Source of the DNA: Bacteroidales bacterium
Lineage (GTDB): Bacteria; Bacteroidota; Bacteroidia; Bacteroidales; UBA12077
Reading direction: 5' to 3'
NCBI GenBank assembly: GCA_028282585.1
Contig: JANQHR010000117.1
Coordinates: 1-64,000, forward strand
DNA length: 64,000 bases
The position numbers and the translations under genes are program-made. Positions 8,621 through 19,420 of this stretch are shown here, piece after piece (position 1 is the stretch's first letter; each line of letters opens with the position of its first letter). The notes beneath the pieces were generated by a model. It was not told the DNA's origin. It did no database searches and saw only the letters and a list, made by a program, of their open reading frames with translations.

Positions 8621-11431
8621 TTAATTCGTTGGTGTCATTATAATTTCGACAATATTTCCTTGAGTAAGGTATCTTTCTGCTGCTGCTTTAACTTTATCAA
8701 CTGTTAGTGAATTAACCATTTCATAATACATTTCATGGTCAAGAGTATTTTCATCATGTTTTAAGTTAAATACAATTGAATTTAACCAGAAACGATTTTC
8801 CTTCAATGCATTTTCTCTTCGCTTGATGAAGTTTTCTTTCGCTTTATTTAAGTCAACCTCAGAAGGCCCATTCTTTATCATATCATCAATTTCTTTGTAA
8901 ATAATGGCTTTTAACTTGTCCGAATTTTCAGGCCCACAATCAAAACTGATACTTAATGCAAATTCTTCGGTCGGATATTCAGAGGCTTTAGCTCTAATGC
9001 CAACTCCATAAGTTCCGCCTTCATCTTCGCGAACACTTTCCGTGTAACGAATGTCTAAGATATGCTTGATAGCCTGCATCAAAATTCTGTTTTTGTAAGT
9101 ATATTCAAAATCACCATTGAAATTGATGAAAATAGAGTTCTTTTTAACTTCTAATTCTCTTTCAATTACCTTGTGAACCTTACCTTTAGGATAATTTACT
9201 TCATTATCTTTCCAATTTTCTTTTCTATTTATTGATGGAAGGCTTCCCAGGTAAGTTTCAAAAAGTGGTTTTGTTTTTTCAATGTCAATATTACCGGTAA
9301 ATACAAAAGTAAAATCACTGGCATCTGCGAATCTGTCTAGATATACTTCTTTGGCTTTTTCAAATTTTACCCTCTGTAACTTTTCTACATTTTCAGGTAA
9401 AGCTCTAGGGTGTCTGTCAGCCAGAATATATTGAACAGAATCACTAAATACGGCATCAGGATTAAGTGATTTATTCTGAAGAAAAGCTGTTATTCTTGAC
9501 ATAAATGCATTGGCAGCAGCTTCATCAAACCTTGGATCGGTAAAGTATAAATAAATTAATTGTAATGCAGTTTCCAGGTCTTTAGGAGAGCAATTACCAC
9601 TCATCCCTTCATACAAATCATTAATATATGGATTTACTTTTACTACCTTTCCGGTTAACATTTTTTGTAATTCGATCAATGAAAAATCAGCAATGCCACT
9701 TCTGCTTACAACAGTAGTTGCAAATTCAGCCGAAGGTAGATCTTCATTTGAATATAAAGAGGTACCACCATTACTAAAGGCTGTAAATACGATTTCATCT
9801 TCTTTAAAATCAGTGGGTTTAATAACTATCTTAACATTGTTTGATAATGTAAATTCTGTTATTCCCAGACTTTTGTTAAGTGAAGTTTCTATAATTTTAC
9901 CCCCTTCCGGAATATTGGCAACAAGTGGTTTGTTGCTTACTTTATCAATATAAGGATCAATGTTGGCAGTTTTTACATCATTTAAAACTTTAAGAACTTT
10001 TTCTTCAGTTGGGATAATAATATCTTCTTTTTCCGGACCGGTAATTTTAATTATCATGTTTTCTTCCGTAAGCCATTTTTTTGATAACTCATTTACCTGT
10101 TCCAATGTAATTGTGGGAAGAATTTTTTTAGCAAATTCAAAAGAAAATTCACTACCGGGAGTAGGAGAGTTTCTTAAAAAATGGAAAGAATAAGTTCTTG
10201 CTAAACTTCTGTTTTGCTGTTGATCTTTCTCTTTAAAATTCTTTTCAAGCATTCTCAACATATCAGTTTTAGACCTTTCCAATTCGCCTTGAGTAAAACC
10301 GTGCTGTTTTACTCTTTCATTTTCAATTAAAAGAGATTTTAAACCATATTCTACGTTGTTATTAGCATAAGCCCCCAATGCATAAGCATCTTTATTACCA
10401 GCAAAAGAACCATAATAATTATACGCAAAAATGAACGGGGGATTTTCTTTCTGAACCAGTTCATTTAACCTTTCATTAAGCATATTAGTATACAATCTGA
10501 CGATAAAGTTATTTTTATAGTATTGCATATCTTTATCTTCGGGCATAATATAGTTATGCTTATAATAAATGTTTACCTCTGTATTTTGAGCTTCTTTATC
10601 AGTTGCAATGGCAATTAAAGGTTCATCATTATTGGGAACTTCATAAGTTATTCTTTCCTTTGGATTTTTATGTCTTGGGATATCCGCATAAAATTTTTGG
10701 ATTTTAGCTTCTATTTGATCTACTTCTATATCGCCCACTACGATTAATGCTTGTAAATCGGTTCTGTACCAGTCTTTATAGAATTGTCTTAAAGTATCAT
10801 AGGGGGAATGATTAATAACTTCAAGTTCTCCAATAAGGTCACGTTCAGCATACTTTGAACCTTTGTAAACAATTGGATCGGTAGCTGTTCTTAATCTCCA
10901 GTTTGCATCTTTTCTAGTGCGCCACTCTTCACGAATTACACCTCGCTCATTATCAATTTCCTCTTCGGTAAATAAAACATTATGTGACATATCTTTTAGG
11001 GCCAGCAGTGCAGTATCTATGATTCCTTCTCTGGTAACCGGAGTTTCCATTAACATATATATGGTTTGTTCCAATCCGGTTCCTGCATTAATGTTTCTAC
11101 CAAATTCCATCCCTACAGTTTCGAAATAATTCAAGATACCTTTTCCAGGAAAGTTCATTGTACCGTTAAAACACATATGTTCAACAAAGTGTGCTAATCC
11201 ATCTTGCCCGTCAGTTTCTAAAATAGCACCTGCATTAACAACTAAATAAAACTCGGCTCGATTTTCTGGTTTTTCATTGTGCTTGATATAATATGTAAGT
11301 CCGTTTTCAAGTTTACCATACCTAACCTCAGGATCTAATGGTATTGCTTGGTTTTGAGCATATAAAGTTATTGGAGCTAGAACACTTACAAATAGAAATA
11401 GCTTCAAAAAATTCTTTTTTAATTTTTGCAT
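8621..11431 (-). CDS. M16 family zinc peptidase (PqqL-like), exported
   Basis: GLAHFVEHMCFNGT (HxxEH), ERGVIREE, signal peptide ending YA-Q, 936 aa. Confidence 0.92.
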   Translation of the reverse strand: MQKLKKNFLKLFLFVSVLAPITLYAQNQAIPLDPEVRYGKLENGLTYYIKHNEKPENRAEFYLVVNAGAILETDGQDGLAHFVEHMCFNGTMNFPGKGILNYFETVGMEFGRNINAGTGLEQTIYMLMETPVTREGIIDTALLALKDMSHNVLFTEEEIDNERGVIREEWRTRKDANWRLRTATDPIVYKGSKYAERDLIGELEVINHSPYDTLRQFYKDWYRTDLQALIVVGDIEVDQIEAKIQKFYADIPRHKNPKERITYEVPNNDEPLIAIATDKEAQNTEVNIYYKHNYIMPEDKDMQYYKNNFIVRLYTNMLNERLNELVQKENPPFIFAYNYYGSFAGNKDAYALGAYANNNVEYGLKSLLIENERVKQHGFTQGELERSKTDMLRMLEKNFKEKDQQQNRSLARTYSFHFLRNSPTPGSEFSFEFAKKILPTITLEQVNELSKKWLTEENMIIKITGPEKEDIIIPTEEKVLKVLNDVKTANIDPYIDKVSNKPLVANIPEGGKIIETSLNKSLGITEFTLSNNVKIVIKPTDFKEDEIVFTAFSNGGTSLYSNEDLPSAEFATTVVSRSGIADFSLIELQKMLTGKVVKVNPYINDLYEGMSGNCSPKDLETALQLIYLYFTDPRFDEAAANAFMSRITAFLQNKSLNPDAVFSDSVQYILADRHPRALPENVEKLQRVKFEKAKEVYLDRFADASDFTFVFTGNIDIEKTKPLFETYLGSLPSINRKENWKDNEVNYPKGKVHKVIERELEVKKNSIFINFNGDFEYTYKNRILMQAIKHILDIRYTESVREDEGGTYGVGIRAKASEYPTEEFALSISFDCGPENSDKLKAIIYKEIDDMIKNGPSEVDLNKAKENFIKRRENALKENRFWLNSIVFNLKHDENTLDHEMYYEMVNSLTVDKVKAAAERYLTQGNIVEIIMTPTN

Positions 11432-11585
11432 GCAATTTTTTTTATAGTTAATAAATATTAAAACAGATTATTTATTCGATTAATCTAATTTTAAACGAGC
11501 GTCGAATTTATTAATAATTTTAAACTTACCAATAAAAAATATCTGTTTTAATGCTGTGTATACTTTAGCACTATTTCTTTAAAAA

Positions 11586-12800
11586 CTAGCTAACTTCTTT
11601 AATATTGTAAACTAATAAAGCATTTCCGCGACGAACATATAAATTCCCGTTTTTAATTACAGGATGTGCAAAGTGTTCTTTTGTTCCCTTTTTAATTCTG
11701 AAAGAACTGATAACTTCTAAATTAGGTTCAGTTTTTATTAAATTAAGAGGCCCTTTTTCATTATACATATATAACAATCCATCAGCGAAGATAGTACTTC
11801 CTCTTCCTACTTTTAATGAATCGATAATTTCTCCTGTTTCTTTGTCAACAGCTTTTAATAATTGCTTCCTATGACCGGTGCCTATAATTTTATTATTAGC
11901 AATTACAATTCCACCCATTATATTATCAAGATCAAAATTCCTCCAAATTTCAGTTATTTCACTACCATCTTCCGAAAGTTTTAGTTTTACGGTTCCATTT
12001 CCACAACCGGTTGTATAATATAGGTCTCCATTTTCGAATATTGGAGAATTACCGTGAATATCCCCCATGGTATCTTGATCGTGTACCCAAATCATCTCAC
12101 CATTATCTGTGTTTAATGCGAATAAAGAGAATTCTGAGAATGTTACCAGTAGATTTCTTGTTGGATATTCAATAATGATAGGAGAACAAAAGGCAGGTTT
12201 TTCGCCTTTAGCCTTGCTAACCCAAACTTCTTCACCAGTTAATCTGTTTAATGCAACCACATTATTATCTGTATTACCTGGTGCAAAAAATACTTTATCT
12301 CCTTCAACTAGTAATGATTGAGAAAAACCAAATCTGGTATTAACACCTTGGTAGTCCTTAATCATATTTACGGACCATACTTTACTTCCGTCTTTAGCAT
12401 TAAAACATACTACTTCACCCATTGGTGAACATACATATACTAAATTATCCACCACCGTAGGTGCTGATCTGGAACCTGGAAAGTTCTTTACCCAGGAACT
12501 GTCATATTCCGATTCCCAAAGAAGGTTTCCTTCCAAATCGAAAGCGAATAAATGACTTAAACTATCTAGTTCGCCGCTAACAAATATTTTATCAGATGTA
12601 ACGGTTGGCGATCCATAGCCGTTTCCAATTCCTTCATAGTCCCATAAAAGCTCTGGTCCGTCTTCAGGCCATTCTTTTAATAAGTTTGTTTCCGAATAGA
12701 CGCCATCGCGCTTATCTCCTCGCCATTGGTTTATTTCAGTTTTCTTATTACATGAGTAAATAAAAAGTACGAGGATAACAGGTAAAATTAAGTTTTTCAT
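11586..12800 (-). CDS. PQQ/BamB-like beta-propeller lipoprotein (P9)
   Basis: Lipobox FIYSC; QWRGDKRDG..WPEDGPELLW; repeated GxxxW docking motifs; HFAHPVI. Confidence 0.85.
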   Translation of the reverse strand: MKNLILPVILVLFIYSCNKKTEINQWRGDKRDGVYSETNLLKEWPEDGPELLWDYEGIGNGYGSPTVTSDKIFVSGELDSLSHLFAFDLEGNLLWESEYDSSWVKNFPGSRSAPTVVDNLVYVCSPMGEVVCFNAKDGSKVWSVNMIKDYQGVNTRFGFSQSLLVEGDKVFFAPGNTDNNVVALNRLTGEEVWVSKAKGEKPAFCSPIIIEYPTRNLLVTFSEFSLFALNTDNGEMIWVHDQDTMGDIHGNSPIFENGDLYYTTGCGNGTVKLKLSEDGSEITEIWRNFDLDNIMGGIVIANNKIIGTGHRKQLLKAVDKETGEIIDSLKVGRGSTIFADGLLYMYNEKGPLNLIKTEPNLEVISSFRIKKGTKEHFAHPVIKNGNLYVRRGNALLVYNIKEVS

Positions 12801-12829
12801 ATCATTAAAATTTATGGTTTCAGAAAATT

Positions 12830-12837
12830 CAAATATA
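12830..12837 (-). promoter_or_regulatory. Bacteroidota -7 promoter element upstream of P9
   Basis: TATATTTG on the minus strand, about 30 nt before the ATG at 12800. Confidence 0.5.
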
Positions 12838-12878
12838 AGATTATTTGAAACGAATATAGTTTAAATTATTGATTGAAA

Positions 12879-15800
12879 TTATTCGTTTCGCAAAGAAACT
12901 ATCAAATTTGATTTAATTGAAAAACGAGTAGATAGGTAAATCCAAAGCAATCCACTTATTGTAATTATTAAAACTAATGCTATTACATATAAACTGGGAA
13001 TATTAAAAGATTCAGATAATAGTGAAGGTAAAATTCCAATAAGTGCGGCACCTATACCAATTTTTAAACCAATTAATAGTAAAATAATATTTTCAATTAC
13101 AATTAGCTTAATGATTTTAAGTTTTGAAAATCCAAGTGATAACAATAAAGCTATTTCAGATTTTCTTTCTAAAATGTTTCGAAGTAAAACTATACCTAAA
13201 CCTATTGTACCAATTATAACCCCCAATCCTCCCAAAAACATAAAAACGGTAAGATATGTATTTGTAACGGAATAAAACTGAGATAATCTTTCAGATGTTT
13301 GTGTCAGCTCAATACCATAATTCCTTAAATAAGAAGATAATATCTCAGAAGTTTTTTCTTTGCTTTTTGAGTCAACAAGTATTGTTTTCGAACCACTGAC
13401 TGAAGGAAAATGTTTGCTAAAATGTTTATCAGCAATTAAAATACTTCCCTGAAAAATTGAAGCTTGTAAACCTCCTGCTAATACAATGTAAAGCTCTTCT
13501 CCTTTTTCATTTAGATAAATTAACGTATCACCAACATTTTTCATTAATCCCCATGTAATTACTGTTTGATCAGCGTATGCAGGGATTATATTTTTACCAT
13601 AAGTTTTATTTAACTCTAACCAAGGTTCGATCTTATTTATATTATCTAATAGCCTGGCAAATGAAAAGGATTTTCTATTATTTAATTCTTCAGGGTTTAG
13701 TCCCAGAATTTTGGGATTATTAATTTGATTCAGATTTAAACAACTGGCATCATCACCATCTAATTGATGTATTTGAACAAAATTAACATGTTCTAATTCA
13801 GGTTCATCAGTTAAGTTATATTTGTTCTTACCTTCTTCAGAATTTAAGTCATTTAAAATAGGAAGAGTTGTTTCTGCCCAAAATTGGAATCCGCCTGTTC
13901 CGGATTCTCTTTTATTTTCAGATTCATAAAAGGTTTTTCTATTTGCTCCAGTAATAATGATTGTAAATGTGCCCAACGATAATAAGGCTATAATTGCCAG
14001 ACTTCTGCCTTTATTTTTAGCTGCATTTTTAAATGCAAGTTGATTAAAGCCTAAACTGTTACTATGCTTAAACTTACTATTGTTGAATAATAGATTAAGC
14101 CATAAAATACTTCCAAGAAGGAACAAACTACTCACCGAAAGAATTAAGTTTGCATTTTGATCTAATGATGTTAAAAGTGAGTAAATCACAACTAAAGCAA
14201 CAATCACATAACTTAAAATAGCCAGGATTTTATATAAGTGGTTTTCCCGGATATTTATCTTTTTTGAAATCATCGAACCGTTTCTAATTAATCCAATAAT
14301 TGGTTGCTGTAGTTTTTTTCTCGTAACAAGATATATTGATAACAGGGAAATTACAATTCCTGAGAAAGTTCCGATTAACAGGGTAGAATGCTTAATGTAT
14401 ATGCTTAACATATTGGTTCTTACTATATCTTGCCATACATTATTTAATGCATGCATTATTCCACGATTATAGAGTATCCCGAAAAGAGCACCAATTATTC
14501 CACCTATCAGTACGGTTATAATATTTTCAATAAATCGGATTTTTATTATTTTCTTTTTATGAAACCCCAATCCGGATAATATACCGGTTTCTGCATTTCT
14601 TGATTCTGTATTCAATGAGTAGATAAGAACAGTAAGCAAAATACCGGCAACTATAACAAAAAAGCTCATGCTTAGGAATAACTCACCAAAATCAACCCCG
14701 CTAGAAGCAGCTCTTATAGCTTCTGCTTGCACAGGTAAAAAGAATAAGTTAAGGTCTTTCGGATCCAGAACTGAAATAATTCCTTTTTTAAGAGAATCCA
14801 GGTTTGAAATATTTTTATTGAGTCGAACCGAAGTATAATTTCCATATTTATTTTGCCAGAGTTCTAGTCCGGATTCAATTGTTATAAATGCTTTTGGAGT
14901 TCCTTTATATTCATCCCAGTATTTTTCATCTTTATCTCTTATTCTATCCAGATCTATTGGAATTCCTGTATCCCATTCGCTACAGCTTCCAGCATCAGCT
15001 AGTCCGGGAAATAAAGGCATTAAATTTCTATCGAAAATTCCGCCTTGCGTTGGTAGAATATCTTTTACAATAAAATTGTTTGTTTTTTCTTCAAGCGTCC
15101 TTAATGGACCAATAATATAATAATCTAATTCGAGTGTGTCACCCTTTTTTGCAACAATGTCGTCAGCTAACCATTGGTTAATTATTATTTCGTTTTTTGC
15201 CAGACTTCTATTCAAGTATTTCGATGAAGCTGCCGATACAAAAGAATATGGAGTTTCTCTATTATTTAATCTTAAAGAATTAACCAGGTAAGTTAAAATA
15301 GACTCATTTTCCTTGAAATTCTTATTGATTGATTCAGTTATTGGATTATCAATAAAGATACGATCAGAAAGTATTTCAAAATCATCTTCTAATTCCCGGA
15401 TAAGCAAACCGGCATCTTTTAATTTCCATACTTTTTCAAAGGAATAGTTTATATCATCGCTCGTTAGATCATTGTTAAGGTTATTTGACGCAATTATTAC
15501 GTTTGACAAACCTTCAACTTCAAGTTTTTTAGCAAGATAATCCCTGGAAATAAAAATATTATACGGTGCCGATTGAATATTTTTTAATCCAAATCTGCCT
15601 AAATTCTGATCATTGGCAATTTCTTTAATTATAACTCTGAATGAAACAGAAGGATCCGATTCTTTAGCAAATGGGGCATTTAAAGGAATTACATTTGCGT
15701 TTTCAACTCTTAATAGAATCTCATCGTTAATCTTTAGATCTAATTTCTCTGCAACATTCTCACTAACAATAATTTCATCATCATTTAGATCTGGTAAGGT

Positions 15801-16163
15801 TTTATTGGATAGCTGCCAAAAATTTTGATCAACTCCGTAGATTTGAGCCTTATTTATTCTAAGATTTGATTCGGAATTAATTGCAATACAATTAAGATGA
15901 AGTAGGGGAGCGGTTTTAATTTTTAGATCATTCGAAATATCATTGGAGAGTTCAGATCTGACAAAGCGCTCGCCTGTTTGTAATGCAAATTTCGTGCTAC
16001 CCAATCTGGCATCAACAATCTGACGTAAGCTAAATTTCACCGAATCACCTACAATTAATGCTCCTGTTAAAACAGCTGTACTTATTATAGTTCCTGCTAA
16101 AACCGCTAAATGCTGCTTTCTGAAATACCAAAAACTCCTTAATATAAATTTAAATATTGCCAT
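12879..16163 (-). CDS. Large double FtsX/MacB-type ABC transporter permease
   Basis: 1094 aa; two FtsX halves (RNAETGILSGLGF, ERKSEIALLLSLGF) with big extracytoplasmic domains. Confidence 0.88.
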   Translation of the reverse strand: MAIFKFILRSFWYFRKQHLAVLAGTIISTAVLTGALIVGDSVKFSLRQIVDARLGSTKFALQTGERFVRSELSNDISNDLKIKTAPLLHLNCIAINSESNLRINKAQIYGVDQNFWQLSNKTLPDLNDDEIIVSENVAEKLDLKINDEILLRVENANVIPLNAPFAKESDPSVSFRVIIKEIANDQNLGRFGLKNIQSAPYNIFISRDYLAKKLEVEGLSNVIIASNNLNNDLTSDDINYSFEKVWKLKDAGLLIRELEDDFEILSDRIFIDNPITESINKNFKENESILTYLVNSLRLNNRETPYSFVSAASSKYLNRSLAKNEIIINQWLADDIVAKKGDTLELDYYIIGPLRTLEEKTNNFIVKDILPTQGGIFDRNLMPLFPGLADAGSCSEWDTGIPIDLDRIRDKDEKYWDEYKGTPKAFITIESGLELWQNKYGNYTSVRLNKNISNLDSLKKGIISVLDPKDLNLFFLPVQAEAIRAASSGVDFGELFLSMSFFVIVAGILLTVLIYSLNTESRNAETGILSGLGFHKKKIIKIRFIENIITVLIGGIIGALFGILYNRGIMHALNNVWQDIVRTNMLSIYIKHSTLLIGTFSGIVISLLSIYLVTRKKLQQPIIGLIRNGSMISKKINIRENHLYKILAILSYVIVALVVIYSLLTSLDQNANLILSVSSLFLLGSILWLNLLFNNSKFKHSNSLGFNQLAFKNAAKNKGRSLAIIALLSLGTFTIIITGANRKTFYESENKRESGTGGFQFWAETTLPILNDLNSEEGKNKYNLTDEPELEHVNFVQIHQLDGDDASCLNLNQINNPKILGLNPEELNNRKSFSFARLLDNINKIEPWLELNKTYGKNIIPAYADQTVITWGLMKNVGDTLIYLNEKGEELYIVLAGGLQASIFQGSILIADKHFSKHFPSVSGSKTILVDSKSKEKTSEILSSYLRNYGIELTQTSERLSQFYSVTNTYLTVFMFLGGLGVIIGTIGLGIVLLRNILERKSEIALLLSLGFSKLKIIKLIVIENIILLLIGLKIGIGAALIGILPSLLSESFNIPSLYVIALVLIITISGLLWIYLSTRFSIKSNLIVSLRNE

Positions 16164-16189
16164 TTACAATAGTGAATAATTATTAATGA

Positions 16190-16879
16190 TTAGTCATTAA
16201 TTTTAGTAAGCTTTCCATAATCCAATTTATAGATTGAATCCATTTTTTTTGCCAGGTCCAGTGAGTGAGTTACAGCCACCATAGCAACATTTTGTTTTCT
16301 ATTTATTTCAGATAATAATTCACCTAGTTGTTCTGCCGAATCCTGATCAAGAGAACCTGTTGGTTCGTCTGCTAAAATGAGCTCGGGTTCATTTATAAGT
16401 GCTCTAACAACGGTTGCTCTTTGACACTCTCCGCCTGACATTTGTCCGGGTCGTTGATGAATTTTATCAGCTAAGCCAACGCTTTCAAGCAAACTCATAG
16501 CTCTATCTAATGCAATTTTCTTGTAGTTTTTATCAGAAATTGGAATTGTAGGAACTAATACATTCTCTATTAATGATAACTGAGGTAATAAGTGATGAAG
16601 TTGAAAAATAAAACCAATATGTTGGTTTCTAATTTCAGCTAATTGTTTTTCAGAATATTGCTGAATATCATTTTCCTTAATTTTAACTATTCCGTTAGTT
16701 GGTTGATCAAGGGTTCCTAATATATTTAAGAGCGTACTTTTACCTGAACCTGAAGGTCCAACAATAGATATTGAATCACCGGCTTTTAAGCTAAAATTAA
16801 TTTCTTTTAGAACATCTCTACTGGCAATTACACCTTGATTCTCATAAGATTTACTTACATTTTCCAGTTCAACTATCAT
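16190..16879 (-). CDS. ABC transporter ATP-binding protein (LolD/MacB-like)
   Basis: GPSGSGKST, MSGGE, ILADEPTGSLD, VTH; start taken at MIVELE (the ORF extends to 16897). Confidence 0.92.
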   Translation of the reverse strand: MIVELENVSKSYENQGVIASRDVLKEINFSLKAGDSISIVGPSGSGKSTLLNILGTLDQPTNGIVKIKENDIQQYSEKQLAEIRNQHIGFIFQLHHLLPQLSLIENVLVPTIPISDKNYKKIALDRAMSLLESVGLADKIHQRPGQMSGGECQRATVVRALINEPELILADEPTGSLDQDSAEQLGELLSEINRKQNVAMVAVTHSLDLAKKMDSIYKLDYGKLTKIND

Positions 16880-16883
16880 AAGG

Positions 16884-18179
16884 TTATTTTTTATCAATTG
16901 CTTCCTGATAAATACTCAATATACTTTTAGTAACTTTTTCAGTACTGTATTTATCTTCAACTGATTTTCGTCCGTTCTTACTGTATTCAAGCAACTTATC
17001 TTTATCTCCCAATACTTCAGCCAATTTATTTGCTAATGCAGAAGAAGAATTAGGTTCAAAGATAGCACCACCTTGTGTTTCTTTGACAATTTCAGGGAAA
17101 GCTGCTAATGCAGGTTGTACAATTGGAACACCGGCAGCTAATGATTCTAATTGGTACATTCCAAACGCTTCACCTTTCAAAACAGGTACCGATAAAACGG
17201 TTAATTTATTAAAGAAATCACTTAATTTTTCGGTTCTGAAATCATCAATAAATTCGATATCATTCTCAATGCCGTTTTGTTCAAGCTTTTTAAGCTGTTT
17301 TTTTATGAATTTCTCATCATCACCTGTTTTACCGCCGGTAACCTTAAGCAAGGCGTTTTTAAACTCAGTTTTCTTCTTTAACTCAATAAATGCGTCAATA
17401 ACTATTTCAAAGCCATTTTCTTTATTCATCCTTGATAAATAACCAACAACCGGTGGATCTTGAACAGGTTCTGTATATCTATAAGCATCAGGATCAACGC
17501 CTATTGGAACAACATGGAGTTTTTCGTCGGGAATAGACATTCTCTTTTGCATCAAGTTACCAAAGTATTGACTAACTGCAATAAATGCATCAATGTCATT
17601 ACTTTTCTCGCTCATTAATCCCCAAAGCTTAGTTTGGTAGTCTTTACTCATAGCATCAAGCCAAACATCTTCGTCTTGTAAAGAACATACAACCGGGATA
17701 TTTAATTCTTCTCTTATCTTACTGGCTAATCCCATCAACAATGCATTAGATAAATGCACAACATCAGGTTTTTCATGATTTTTCAAGAAATCTATTAAAA
17801 GATCAAGCTCTTCTTTTTGATAACCTTCAGCACCCTTTAACATAGATATTGTTAATTCTTCTAAACCCTCTGCCCTGGTCGATTCGGACATTTTTGAAGC
17901 AAAGCGAAGTATAGCTGGAGAATTAAAAAAGTTATGAAGCCATTTAGGCATTTTTCTTAGAAACTTGACTTTCTGTTCAAGATAAACATTTACTGCTCCA
18001 TAAAATACAGGGATTCCGTCATTAGAATAATTATTGAATGCATTCAAAGGCATATATAATGGAAGCGTAATTGCATCATGACCGGTTTTTTTTAACCATT
18101 TTGTAAAAGCACTGTCACGTAAGCAATTCCCACAATAGAATGTTCCGCCAAAACCAGGTACTATGTTAATTATTTTCAT
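16884..18179 (-). CDS. GT4 (GT-B) glycosyltransferase with N-terminal CxxC
   Basis: EAFGMYQLESLAAGVP (E-x7-E); N-terminal GGTFYCGNCLRD. Confidence 0.88.
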   Translation of the reverse strand: MKIINIVPGFGGTFYCGNCLRDSAFTKWLKKTGHDAITLPLYMPLNAFNNYSNDGIPVFYGAVNVYLEQKVKFLRKMPKWLHNFFNSPAILRFASKMSESTRAEGLEELTISMLKGAEGYQKEELDLLIDFLKNHEKPDVVHLSNALLMGLASKIREELNIPVVCSLQDEDVWLDAMSKDYQTKLWGLMSEKSNDIDAFIAVSQYFGNLMQKRMSIPDEKLHVVPIGVDPDAYRYTEPVQDPPVVGYLSRMNKENGFEIVIDAFIELKKKTEFKNALLKVTGGKTGDDEKFIKKQLKKLEQNGIENDIEFIDDFRTEKLSDFFNKLTVLSVPVLKGEAFGMYQLESLAAGVPIVQPALAAFPEIVKETQGGAIFEPNSSSALANKLAEVLGDKDKLLEYSKNGRKSVEDKYSTEKVTKSILSIYQEAIDKK

Positions 18180-18190
18180 TTTTTTTCCTT

Positions 18191-18310
18191 TAAGTATTTA
18201 GTAATGAGATATTCAGTATCAAGATTTTAAAATTATCATTAAAATTAAATAATATCTAAATCTGTGTTTAGTGTCTAGTGTCTAGTGTCTTGATACTTGT
18301 ATCTCGTATC
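18191..18310. repeat. Inverted heptamer tandem-repeat array
   Basis: TAGTGTC x3-TTGATAC-TTGTATC-TCGTATC at 18269-18310; AGTATCAAGA at 18215-18224 is complementary to TCTTGATACT at 18288-18297. Confidence 0.7.
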
Positions 18311-19419
18311 TATTTTACACCAAATGCGTACACTCTTCCATCACCAGCGCCAACAATAATCATATTATTAATAATTGCCGGAGTACTAATAACAGGACTT
18401 CCTATTTCGTACGACCAGATTTTTTTTCCACTGCTGATATCTAATATATAGAGATTACCATCATTTGATCCTATTACAACTCTATTTCCTGTAATAACAG
18501 GTGAACTTTCAACTTTGTTTAAAGATTTAAATTTCCATAAAACTTTACCGGTTGTTTTATCAAAACAATACACATTTCTATCCTGTGATCCGATAATTAC
18601 TTTATTTCCAGAAACTGCAGGTGAACCCAAGAAGGGACCGGCTCCGGTATATTTCCATTTGATAGTTTTACTTGTCATATCTGCACAATAAAAACCACCA
18701 TCGTAATTTCCAAAAAATGCCAGGTTATTTTCCAGAGCTGCTGATGATGCAATATATGTCCCAATGTCAATTTTATCCTTTGAAATACCATCTGTAACAC
18801 TAACCATATGCAGAAAACCATCACATCCGCCAAATACAGCAATATTACCATCAGTAGCAGGAGCTCCGTTAATATAATTATCGGCTTCGTATTTCCAGGC
18901 AACTTTTCCGGTTTTTGCATCTACGCAATGCATAAAGAAATCATAACTTCCGGTAATAATTCTTTTAGTTTTTTTATCAGAAGCATATACCCAACCGGCA
19001 GATCCGGAAATTTGACCATCTGTTGTATATTGCCATTTAACATCTCCTGTACCTGCATTCAAAGCAAATAGAATACCTTCAAGTGAACCAAAATAGACTG
19101 TGTTATCTAAAAATAACGGGGGAGCTTCAATAGAAGTTCCGGCATTGAACTTCCAATTTAATTCTCCCTTAGAATTTAAAGAATATAAGTACCCATCATT
19201 TGATCCAATAAAAATGTTATTTCCACAAGTCACGGCAGATGATTTGATCAGATCTTCCGTTTTAAAGGTCCAGAGTAGTTTTAATGAATTTGGAATTTGA
19301 GCATCTGTTCTTCCTTGTAAAGATTGATTTCCTCTAAAAGTTGGCCAGCAGGTTGCTGTCTGAGAATTACCAAAATAAGGAACAACTAATAATATTAGTA
19401 AGATCTTTAAATGTTTCAT
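18310..19419 (-). CDS. PQQ/BamB-like beta-propeller protein (P8), exported
   Basis: Signal peptide ending GNS-Q; WPTFRGN; regular SSP/GSxDG/GxxxW blades; start taken at MKHLK. Confidence 0.88.
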   Translation of the reverse strand: MKHLKILLILLVVPYFGNSQTATCWPTFRGNQSLQGRTDAQIPNSLKLLWTFKTEDLIKSSAVTCGNNIFIGSNDGYLYSLNSKGELNWKFNAGTSIEAPPLFLDNTVYFGSLEGILFALNAGTGDVKWQYTTDGQISGSAGWVYASDKKTKRIITGSYDFFMHCVDAKTGKVAWKYEADNYINGAPATDGNIAVFGGCDGFLHMVSVTDGISKDKIDIGTYIASSAALENNLAFFGNYDGGFYCADMTSKTIKWKYTGAGPFLGSPAVSGNKVIIGSQDRNVYCFDKTTGKVLWKFKSLNKVESSPVITGNRVVIGSNDGNLYILDISSGKKIWSYEIGSPVISTPAIINNMIIVGAGDGRVYAFGVK

Positions 19420-19420
19420 T

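Noticed and set aside
8621-12800. PQQ biosynthesis locus (PqqL/PqqF-like peptidase beside PQQ-like propellers)
   Set aside because: No pqqA-E or radical SAM gene is present. The peptidase has a signal peptide and is a common Bacteroidota M16 protein. 'PQQ-like' describes only the fold.
12879-16879. lolCDE lipoprotein release system
   Set aside because: The permease is a 1094-aa double-FtsX protein, far larger than LolC/LolE, so no symbol was assigned.
18310-19419. bamB orthologue (also considered for the other propellers)
   Set aside because: Nine paralogues in a redox operon with no bam context; only the fold is shared.
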